From the NCBI GenBank assembly GCA_029261435.1, contig JAJDBI010000027.1:1-39701 (forward strand): a DNA stretch of 39,701 nucleotides, given 5' to 3'. Shown in pieces: positions 32,307 through 39,701 of the stretch; the first letter of the stretch is position 1, and the number at the start of each line of letters is the position of its first letter. The translations under genes were made by a program, and so were the position numbers. Source of the stretch: Nitrospinaceae bacterium. GTDB lineage: Bacteria > Nitrospinota > Nitrospinia > Nitrospinales > VA-1. Under the pieces are notes generated by a model. It did no database searches. It was not told where the DNA came from and saw only the letters and a program-made list of their open reading frames with translations.

Positions 32307-33557
32307 CTATGCAAACTTCTTCAGGATGATGGCGGAATTTTTTGATCCGAATGAAATGCAATTGCTGATGGCGATATTCAGTTTGCCTTCTCTTCCCACA
32401 TTGGGAACATAATCCATATCGCATTCCGGGTCCGGGTTTTCCATATTAATGGTGGGAGTCATGAATCCGTTTTTCAGAGACAGGGCCGATACGGTCACCC
32501 CCAGTGCCCCCGAAGCCCCTTGCGGGTGCCCGACCATGGACTTGGTGGAGCTGACCGGGATGTTCATGGCATGGCTGTTAAAGGTTCGTTTGACCGCCAG
32601 CGTTTCGACTTTATCATTGAGCAGGGTCGAGGTGCCGTGGAAATTAATATAGTCCACCTCATCTTTATTCAATCTGGCATCCTTCAAAGCAAGGCTCAAG
32701 GCTCGTGAAGATTGTTTGCCATCGGGCATGATGGCAACTCGGTGATAGGCATCACAGGTCGTGCCGTAGCCAACAACTTCTGCGATGATCTCTGCTCCTC
32801 GCGCTTTGGCGTGTTCCATTTCTTCCAGAATAACTGTCCAGGCACCTTCGGCCAGCACGAAGCCTTCGCGATCTTTGTTGAAGGGACGCGAGCCGCGTGT
32901 GGGGGATTCGTTATAGTTCATGGGATTGACCTTCATTCTTTCGAATCCATGCATCATTGCCGGAGTGACACAGGATTCCACTCCGCCGGAGACGAACCAG
33001 TCTTCCTGGCCGAATCGGATTGTATTGAACGCGTAACCCAAAGCATCGGAGGAACTGGTGCATCCATTGGAGATCACATGACTCCGACCCTGGAACCCGA
33101 AGTGCATGGAAATTTCGCTCGACAACATCCCCACCAGAGAATTGGAGATGGCGTAGGGGCTGATCTTGTTTTTCTGATTGGAGAAATAAATTTCAAACTG
33201 TTTTTCGGAAAAGTCGAATCCCGACCCGCCGCTCCCGACCAGAACCCCCAGCCCTTCAAAATCTTCCTCAGAAAAAGCAGAGAGATCAATCCCTGCATTC
33301 GCCAGAGCTTCCTGGGTCGCCGCGACTGCCAGAGGAACCGACCTTGGTAATTTTTTCAAATCTGACGCGGAATAATAAAGAGATGGATCGAACTGGCTCA
33401 CTTCTCCGGCAATCTGACATGCCAAGGCAGAGGCATCGAAACTGGCTATCCGGTCTATGCCACTGATGCCTTTACACGTATTTTCCCAAAAGTTTTTTAA
33501 ACCGATGCCATTCGGGCTGACTGCACCGAGGCCGGTGATCACCACTCTGCGTAACAT
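32307..33557 (-). CDS. beta-ketoacyl-ACP synthase, FabF/FabB-like (KAS I/II class)
   Basis: RVVITGLGAVSPNG. The active-site Cys is in NGCTSSSDALGYA, and the His-His pair is in NFHGTSTLLND and SMVGHPQGASGA. Confidence 0.85.
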   Translation of the reverse strand: MLRRVVITGLGAVSPNGIGLKNFWENTCKGISGIDRIASFDASALACQIAGEVSQFDPSLYYSASDLKKLPRSVPLAVAATQEALANAGIDLSAFSEEDFEGLGVLVGSGGSGFDFSEKQFEIYFSNQKNKISPYAISNSLVGMLSSEISMHFGFQGRSHVISNGCTSSSDALGYAFNTIRFGQEDWFVSGGVESCVTPAMMHGFERMKVNPMNYNESPTRGSRPFNKDREGFVLAEGAWTVILEEMEHAKARGAEIIAEVVGYGTTCDAYHRVAIMPDGKQSSRALSLALKDARLNKDEVDYINFHGTSTLLNDKVETLAVKRTFNSHAMNIPVSSTKSMVGHPQGASGALGVTVSALSLKNGFMTPTINMENPDPECDMDYVPNVGREGKLNIAISNCISFGSKNSAIILKKFA

Positions 33558-33728
33558 ATATATTGAGGTCTCTAATTAAGCGTTTTAAAGGAAGCGTTTA
33601 AAATTCTGCTCCCCGTTGGATTGAAGTTATTAAGTTATGGTAACATACGGGTGCCGAACCGGGCAACGATGCCCGCTTGCAGTAATGGCAAACCCTGTTC
33701 ATCAACGCTACCCTGAGTCCTATTCCAT

Positions 33729-34808
33729 TTGCTTTCGCTGAAACAACAAACCGGCCAAATGATTGTATCAGGGTTTGAGGGAACCACTCTCAATACCCGC
33801 ACGGAAGAACTGATTGTTCAGCAGGGTATTGGTGGCTTGATTCTGTTCGAGCGTAATTTCAAGAATCCCGATCAGTTAAGGCAATTGATCAACGACCTCC
33901 AGTCGTTGACGGCTGACAACCCGGAAATTCCTCCGCTTTTCATTTCGGTTGATCAAGAAGGCGGAAGGGTCGCGCGACTGGGAGCACCTTTCACCCAGTT
34001 CCCCCCCATGTCTTGCCTCGGTCAGGCTGACTCGAATGAACTGGCTTACCGGTTCGGACTTGGTATGGGAAAAGAGTTGCGGGCGGTCGGGGTAAATATG
34101 GACTACGCGCCGGTTCTTGATGTCCACTCCAATCCTGCAAACCCCATCATTGGGCACAGGGCTCTGGATAGAGATGCAGAGAAGGTGGCACGTTTGGGAG
34201 CTGAGCTGATTCGCGGATTTTATGATGCCGGGGTCATTCCAGTCGGCAAGCATTTTCCCGGACATGGCGATACATCTCAAGATTCTCACCTCACTCTGCC
34301 CCGGGTTGAACGAGCTCAGGAATCCCTGCAACAAATTGAATTGATCCCTTTCAGCCGCGCCATCGAGCAGGGACTGGAGGTCCTCATGACAGCGCATGTG
34401 GTCTACCCGGCCTGGGACGCAGACCGCCCTGCCACTTTTTCCCCAACTATTATGAATGATGTGTTGAGAAAAACTCTTCACTTTGAAGGACTGATCATGT
34501 CCGACGATCTGGAGATGCAGGCCATCAAGGACAAGGTGGAATCCATTCCTGAGCTGGGAACCCGTGCTGGAGTTGATATTTTTCTTATTTGTCACGACCT
34601 GGAAAAAGTAAACACACTTCAGGATGCCATGAACCAGAATATTGAAAGCGGAGTCATTCCTCGCACTACTATTGATCAATCGCTCGCACGAATTTTCAAG
34701 GTGAAACAAAGGTTACAAATTCCGGCAGATACCAGCCTGAACTTTGAAAATATTCTTGAAGAAAATCAGAGTCTCGCTCAGGAGATGCGGGCATTTTTCA
34801 AAGAATGA
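33729..34808 (+). CDS. nagZ: beta-N-acetylhexosaminidase (GH3), NagZ-like
   Basis: GGLILFERNF, SVDQEGGRVARL, KHFPGHGDTSQDSHL, SDDLEM. The track start is TTG 33729. The first ATG is at 33759. Confidence 0.85.
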   Translation: MLSLKQQTGQMIVSGFEGTTLNTRTEELIVQQGIGGLILFERNFKNPDQLRQLINDLQSLTADNPEIPPLFISVDQEGGRVARLGAPFTQFPPMSCLGQADSNELAYRFGLGMGKELRAVGVNMDYAPVLDVHSNPANPIIGHRALDRDAEKVARLGAELIRGFYDAGVIPVGKHFPGHGDTSQDSHLTLPRVERAQESLQQIELIPFSRAIEQGLEVLMTAHVVYPAWDADRPATFSPTIMNDVLRKTLHFEGLIMSDDLEMQAIKDKVESIPELGTRAGVDIFLICHDLEKVNTLQDAMNQNIESGVIPRTTIDQSLARIFKVKQRLQIPADTSLNFENILEENQSLAQEMRAFFKE

Positions 34809-34811
34809 TCC

Positions 34812-36461
34812 ATGAATAACGCCCCAGACAGCGATCCAGTCACTACCCCGGCCAAACGTTGGGGCCGAGTTACCCTGATCTATCTGGCATTGTTGGCCTA
34901 TTTCTGGTCCTTCTCCAAATATGGACTTAATATTTGGGACGAAGGGGGGTATGCCAATGGGACCCTGAGAACCCTTAACGGGGAAAGGGCGCTCATAGAC
35001 TTCAATCCCAATGGCTACCTCCCCGGTCGTTATTGGTACGGAATGCTTTTTTTTAAACTTTTCGGGGTAGATATTCAAAGCTTGCGCATAGGTGTTCTGC
35101 TTATTACTCCACCTATGGTCTTAATGGTTTATTCCATCGGTCGGAAAATCATGCCAGCCGGCTTTGCTTTGCTTGCGGCACTGTTTATGCTTTCCGCTCC
35201 TTCGATGTACTACAATCGCTTCTTCACCTTCTTCGTCGTTCTGAACCTCTATCTCATTACAAATTTCTTGTGCAAAAAAAACCTGGGGTCTTTGGCAGGT
35301 CTGGGGGCAGGAATTTTCTTAAGTGCCTTTTTCAAGTTCGAAGTGACTCTTTTTTCGACACTAATCAGCCTGACAGTGATGGCTTTGATGTTCAGCCAGC
35401 AACAATGGCGAACTCATTTTTTTCCGAAAAAAAATACAACGCATTCACCCAACAGAAACTATTATCTGGCAGGCGGGATCTCTATCACAGCAATTGTGTG
35501 TGGGGTCTATCTTGGGCTGGACGGCTACTTCACGCAAGTATTCAAAATGGTCATCGATGCACATGATGTCTGGGGTAACCCGTTTCCAGAAGTCTTTCCC
35601 TTTCTCGCGCTTCTCAAAGAGGTCGGGTACCACCAGATGTTTGAAAGGGTTTTATTCTACCTTCCCATACTGACTTGCGGCATTGTGGCGGCTCTTCTTA
35701 TTTATCAACTTGTGATAAAAAAAGAATCACTTCATGTTGATAAACTAATCGTTATTTCCATTCTGCTATTCGGGGTTTGCGCCTTTGGTCTGGTGATATG
35801 GCGCGCGGGATTCGATAATCTACTAAGAACCCTGCCGCCTTTTTATCTTCTATTCTGTTATTTATTATATCGAGTCAGGGAGAAGGTTCTTCACTCCCAG
35901 GAACCTGTTAAACAAAAGAGCGTATTAACTCGGTTGCCCTTGAACCTTCTCACCGTTTTCCTGCCCTTTCTTTTTTATTTCGAGATGAACACCCATCACG
36001 GTTTTTATGCCGGCAGCATCGGGGCCATGAAACTGGAGACCACTCACCTTACTCTGGATAAAGTAGATATCTACACCAACCCCGCAGAAGCCAAGTGGAT
36101 TAAAGAGGTCGTCGAAAAAATAAACCTGTACTCACAAGAAGGGGACGCCATCCTGGCACTGCCACTAAACCCGATTTTTTATTTTCTTTCAGGGCGAGTC
36201 AATCCTTCACCTTATGAATGGGTTTTACCGGGCATGTTGGAGGAGAAAAAAGAAAAAGAGCTGGTTGCGATATTGAACAATAATCCTCCCAAAATGGTGA
36301 TCTACATAGATATCGCCATTGACGGAAAGGAAGAAAGACGGCTCTTACATTACGCCCCGCACCTCTATAAGTTCCTGTTAGACCGATATGGCTTCCAGGA
36401 AAAAGTAGGTTTTTTTCAAATCCTTTTACCTAAAAGCCTGCCCTCACCCTTGGACTTCTAA
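34812..36461 (+). CDS. polytopic membrane protein, possibly a GT-C-type (ArnT/PMT-like) glycosyltransferase
   Basis: The ATG is 3 nt after the nagZ stop. About 12 hydrophobic helices. An acidic first-loop motif, NIWDEGGYANG, follows TM1, as in GT-C enzymes. The C-terminal ~150 aa is a soluble domain. The family call is tentative. Confidence 0.45.
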   Translation: MNNAPDSDPVTTPAKRWGRVTLIYLALLAYFWSFSKYGLNIWDEGGYANGTLRTLNGERALIDFNPNGYLPGRYWYGMLFFKLFGVDIQSLRIGVLLITPPMVLMVYSIGRKIMPAGFALLAALFMLSAPSMYYNRFFTFFVVLNLYLITNFLCKKNLGSLAGLGAGIFLSAFFKFEVTLFSTLISLTVMALMFSQQQWRTHFFPKKNTTHSPNRNYYLAGGISITAIVCGVYLGLDGYFTQVFKMVIDAHDVWGNPFPEVFPFLALLKEVGYHQMFERVLFYLPILTCGIVAALLIYQLVIKKESLHVDKLIVISILLFGVCAFGLVIWRAGFDNLLRTLPPFYLLFCYLLYRVREKVLHSQEPVKQKSVLTRLPLNLLTVFLPFLFYFEMNTHHGFYAGSIGAMKLETTHLTLDKVDIYTNPAEAKWIKEVVEKINLYSQEGDAILALPLNPIFYFLSGRVNPSPYEWVLPGMLEEKKEKELVAILNNNPPKMVIYIDIAIDGKEERRLLHYAPHLYKFLLDRYGFQEKVGFFQILLPKSLPSPLDF

Positions 36462-36815
36462 TTACCCCCTAAAAATACCCGTTTATCTGTCATAATATAC
36501 TTTACAAAGATGTACAATTTTTAAATCAAGAAATACTCGAAAAAAGATTGACGACTCATATATTTTGAGGAATGATAGAAGCACAAGTAATTACAAGGAT
36601 AGAAAATCTATCTCCTATGCTATGATCCTATGCTTTCCCGCTCAAACTTGGTTACACTCTGAAGATTTGGGGAGTCCGGTACTTTAAAAATCCAGAGGGT
36701 CAAATAAAATTTTAAGTACGTAGCTATTGCTTGAAATTTAATTACAGGTTTCAGTCCTCAAGTTATCCAAGGTTACAATAGAGGCATTATTAATCATAAT
36801 TCGGTATACGGTAAA

Positions 36816-37229
36816 ATGCAAGAAATTAAATCAGGAACAGCTAAATTTTTAGGGTCACGTCTCCGCCAGTGGAGAAAAACTTTACCACTCAAATCTTTTG
36901 AGTTGGCAAAATTAATTAGAATCTCCCAGGGGTCATTATCTGACATTGAGAACAACAAGTCTTTGCCTTCAGCAGATACGATCGCAAAACTTTATCAGCA
37001 CACAGACCTTAATATAATCTGGCTTTTAACGGGAAAAGGGCCTATCAAGAAGACGCAACACGCTCCAGGCGGGGAAGAACCTTGTGTCAATGAAGCGATG
37101 GAAACTTACGGGGAAGACCCGGCATTGAATGAATTGATACAGAAACTAGTGCGCACCTATTACCGGGGTGATGCAGAGAAAAAGGCACATCTGGTAGGGT
37201 TTTTAATTGGTGCCGATCCGGGAGAATAG
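36816..37229 (+). CDS. XRE/CI-repressor-like helix-turn-helix regulator
   Basis: LKSFELAKLIRISQGSLSDIENNKSLPSADTIAKLYQHTDLNIIWLLTGKG, an HTH followed by the WLLTG motif typical of phage CI-type N-domains. Confidence 0.75.
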   Translation: MQEIKSGTAKFLGSRLRQWRKTLPLKSFELAKLIRISQGSLSDIENNKSLPSADTIAKLYQHTDLNIIWLLTGKGPIKKTQHAPGGEEPCVNEAMETYGEDPALNELIQKLVRTYYRGDAEKKAHLVGFLIGADPGE

Positions 37230-37276
37230 CCCCCGCCTTATTTCTGGCAATACACCTTAATAGATAATCGGAACTA

Positions 37277-39022
37277 TTAATCCGCGCCTTCGTGCGCGGC
37301 AGGATCGAGCATTTTCAGGGTATATAAATTGTGGTATAAGCCTTTGTGGCTCATTAAGTCCTCATGTTGACCTGCTTCGACAATACCCCCCTTATCCAGA
37401 ACAATAATCTGATCTGCTTTATGAATTGTGCTCAGGCGATGCGCGATGATAAATGTCGTGCGGTCGGACATTAAAGTCTCCAAAGCGTCCTGAATGAGGG
37501 ATTCGGATCTGTTATCCAAAGAAGAAGTCGCCTCATCCAGAACCAGGATTTTCGGGTCTTTCAAAATGGCCCGGGCGATAGCAATTCTCTGTCTTTCTCC
37601 TCCAGAAAGCTTCGCTCCCTTCTCCCCGACAACCGTGTCGTACCCTTTTTCCATACCCACGATGAATTCATGTGCGTTGGCTTTTTGTGCGGCCTCTTTT
37701 AGTTCTGTGTCTGTTGCATCAAGCTTCCCATAAAGAATATTTTCCTTCACCGTACCTCCGAACAAAAGCGTTTCCTGAGGAACCAGAGCAATCTGGCTGA
37801 GAAAACTCTCCCGATCCAAGGTGCGAATATCATGACCGTCCAGACGAATAGCTCCGGTAGAAGGATCGAAGAAACGGAACAGCAGCTTTATGAGAGTCGA
37901 CTTACCCGCCCCGCTTGGCCCAACCAGAGCGGCAGTCTGCCCGGGAAGAATATCAAGGCTGACATCATGGATTACCTCTGCGTTGTCCCTGTATCCGAAA
38001 GAAACATTGTCGAACTGAATGCGTCCCTCTATATTTCCAATTGGAGCCGGGTTATCCGGGTTTTGAATCAAAGGCTGGGTATCGAGAATCTCATAGACCC
38101 TGTGGATGGCACCAGAGGCTTCCTGAACCTGAGTATACAGTCGAATGAAGGTTCCAATAGGTCCTGCAATGATCAGGGCGTACAGAAAAAAAGCTGCCAG
38201 CTCACCAGGAGTCGTCGCCCCCTGCATCACCTGATATCCACCGTACCAGATCAACAACGCGGAAACCAGAAAGGTGAGTCCCAGTATGAACGGACCAAAA
38301 AAAGAAGACACTTTGAGTTTATCCACCGCTCTCTCGAATGCCGTTTCAATCTTGCCCTGAAAACGATCCCGCTCATAAGGCTCACGGGTAAAAGATTTGA
38401 CAATCTTGATGGACGATATCACTTCTTCGAGAACCACCACAGCCTGCGCCAGTTGATCCTGAAGCTTTGCCGAAAACATTTTCAAACGCCGCCCAAAAAA
38501 CCGCGCAAAAATCATCAAGGGGGGCAGGATGAGTAAAATGAGCCCGGTCAATTTCCAGTTCAAATACAGAATGATCGTCATTGCCCCGAGCAAGGTAATA
38601 CTTTGTCGTAGCAAAGCAACGGGTATCGTTACCAGGGCATTCTCAATCACGGATATATCGTTGCTCATGCGGGATAATATTTCTCCTACCCGACGTTCCT
38701 GAAAAAAGCGCAATGAAAGTGATTGAATATGGGAAAAAAACTCAATGCGAAAATCCGTTGTCATTCTGTGGCCCACGAAGCCAAAAATATAATTGTGCGT
38801 GACCGCAAACACAGCCTGCAGACCAATAATGATGATTAAATCCCAGGCCAGACCATCCAGCACCTCACTGTCTTTTAATACGATCACAGCATTAATCATA
38901 TTGCGGACTATCAAAGGCAATACAAGATTGATCAACGAGGTTAAAGCCAGACAAATAAACGCAAAAACAAGACTTTTGGTATACGGCCGGGCGTATTTCA
39001 GTATTTTACGAAATTCTTTCAT
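37277..39022 (-). CDS. ABC exporter, fused permease-ATPase (MsbA/type I exporter-like)
   Basis: Six-helix N-terminal TMD. Walker A GPSGAGKST, signature LSGGERQRIAIARA, Walker B ILVLDEATS and an H-loop AHRLST. Confidence 0.9.
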   Translation of the reverse strand: MKEFRKILKYARPYTKSLVFAFICLALTSLINLVLPLIVRNMINAVIVLKDSEVLDGLAWDLIIIIGLQAVFAVTHNYIFGFVGHRMTTDFRIEFFSHIQSLSLRFFQERRVGEILSRMSNDISVIENALVTIPVALLRQSITLLGAMTIILYLNWKLTGLILLILPPLMIFARFFGRRLKMFSAKLQDQLAQAVVVLEEVISSIKIVKSFTREPYERDRFQGKIETAFERAVDKLKVSSFFGPFILGLTFLVSALLIWYGGYQVMQGATTPGELAAFFLYALIIAGPIGTFIRLYTQVQEASGAIHRVYEILDTQPLIQNPDNPAPIGNIEGRIQFDNVSFGYRDNAEVIHDVSLDILPGQTAALVGPSGAGKSTLIKLLFRFFDPSTGAIRLDGHDIRTLDRESFLSQIALVPQETLLFGGTVKENILYGKLDATDTELKEAAQKANAHEFIVGMEKGYDTVVGEKGAKLSGGERQRIAIARAILKDPKILVLDEATSSLDNRSESLIQDALETLMSDRTTFIIAHRLSTIHKADQIIVLDKGGIVEAGQHEDLMSHKGLYHNLYTLKMLDPAAHEGAD

Positions 39023-39205
39023 TCAAAATAAACGATGTTTAAATATTCTTAAAATTCAGAGCAAACTCCCTGAATCACTTTGTTTTCAATTATTTTTCAG
39101 GGCGGTATCATAACTGTTAAACAGGTTCAATTCAAACCTTATCCAACCGCAATAGTCTGATTCAAAAAGCGAAAAAGATCTTCCTAAATAATTTTTAAAT
39201 AATCC

Positions 39206-39232
39206 TTAAGTTAAACCCAAAGGTGCCGTTAA
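39206..39232 (+). promoter_or_regulatory. candidate sigma28 (FliA) promoter upstream of the FlaG-like gene
   Basis: TTAA-N15-GCCGTTAA against the consensus TAAA-N15-GCCGATAA. The -10 element matches 7 of 8 positions. It lies about 110 nt upstream of the ATG. Confidence 0.35.
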
Positions 39233-39342
39233 GAAGAGTGCGTATACTGGCTAAAAATTGAAAAACGCAGAAAAATCAAGATAACCCTATAATTTTCAAC
39301 CATTTAAATAGGATTTTATCAACCAGGACAGAGGTAAAGCAT

Positions 39343-39690
39343 ATGGATACCCAAGCCGTTAATTCAGCGGGAAATCCGACAGTTCCACCGCCAAAAATAC
39401 AATCATCTTCATCAAGCTCTGGATCTAAAGCAATTCCGACTCCGGGGCCTGAAGCATCAGTTGACTCGGTCGACTTATCTTCTAAAGCCAAGGCTTTGGT
39501 AGAGAGCAAAAAAGGCGGACAAGCATCATCGAATAGCGAACAAAGAAAATTTTCAGTGACGGATGATAACGATGTCGTTCTTCAGGTCATTGACCCGAAG
39601 ACACAGAAGGTGGTTAAGTCCGTTCCCACTGAAGAGCAAATGCAATTGAAAAATGCCGTTCGGGATGGAATCAGCGATATCACGGAATAG
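39343..39690 (+). CDS. flaG: FlaG-like flagellar protein
   Basis: The ATG is 7 nt after GAGGT. A disordered S/P-rich N-terminus is followed by RKFSVTDDNDVVLQVIDPKTQKVVKSVPTEEQMQLKNAV, matching the FlaG pattern F-x-v-x-x-x-x-x-x-v-x-V-x-D-x-x-T-x-x-V-I-R-x-I-P-x-E-E. Confidence 0.55.
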   Translation: MDTQAVNSAGNPTVPPPKIQSSSSSSGSKAIPTPGPEASVDSVDLSSKAKALVESKKGGQASSNSEQRKFSVTDDNDVVLQVIDPKTQKVVKSVPTEEQMQLKNAVRDGISDITE

Positions 39691-39701
39691 GTTTTCCCAG
39701 A

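Noticed and set aside
32712-33350. 212-aa + strand ORF
   Set aside because: It lies antisense within the FabF-like gene, whose Cys-His-His motifs fix the minus-strand frame. It is a typical long shadow ORF in a more GC-rich gene.
33876-34709. 277-aa - strand ORF
   Set aside because: It lies antisense to nagZ, whose GH3 motifs (KHFPGHGDTSQDSH, SVDQEGGRV) fix the plus-strand frame.
37832-38536. 234-aa + strand ORF
   Set aside because: It lies antisense to the ABC exporter (Walker A, signature and Walker B motifs are on the minus strand).
1-39701. Search for CRISPR arrays, rRNA/tRNA genes, transposases, integrases, reverse transcriptases, and toxin-antitoxin or known defence-system genes
   Set aside because: None was recognisable by eye. 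Repeats are limited to the intragenic 39-nt units, the GIY-YIG inverted repeats and short intergenic motifs. The two HTH genes have no adjacent toxin-like partner.

Overview
About 40 kb of bacterial chromosome, probably from a Gram-negative organism (PilQ secretin, LapA/B-like, NagZ and MsbA-like genes). It looks moderately AT-rich by eye. I found no rRNA, tRNA, CRISPR array, transposase or integrase. The gene content, left to right, is below.

- **Left edge:** the 5' part of nadB (-), missing from the ORF track because it is open at the edge.
- **AT-rich pair:** a pentapeptide-like repeat/membrane protein, and a small GIY-YIG nuclease gene bracketed by 25-bp inverted hairpin repeats.
- **Binding protein:** a BtuF-like binding protein with no signal peptide (-).
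- **Pilin array (-):** type IV pilin, intrinsic terminator, two tandem paralogous YfhO-like polytopic membrane proteins, then a membrane-fused spermidine-synthase-like protein.
- **Housekeeping block (+):** nadD, rsfS, dksA and a LapA/LapB-like TPR protein.
- **Long minus-strand run:** secreted protein, ADP-ribosylglycohydrolase, MBL hydrolase, aldehyde dehydrogenase, DUF4124 protein and aroB, preceded by pilM-pilN-pilO-(extended pilP-like)-pilQ.
- **Right third:** XRE regulator, miaB, a 483-aa ORFan with a divergent 83-aa ORF, FabF-like KAS plus a DUF1318-like lipoprotein, nagZ plus a GT-C-like membrane protein, a CI/XRE-like regulator, an MsbA-like ABC exporter and a FlaG-like gene.

The best candidate for an undescribed system is the pilin / 2x YfhO-like / fused SpeE-like array, a possible pilin or envelope modification module. 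The type IV pilus assembly genes here are also atypical:

- sigma54-type promoters lie before both pilA and pilM;
- PilM carries an acidic insert;
- PilN carries a poly-lysine insert;
- the PilP-position protein is 494 aa.

All family assignments come from motif recognition by eye. No database search was run.
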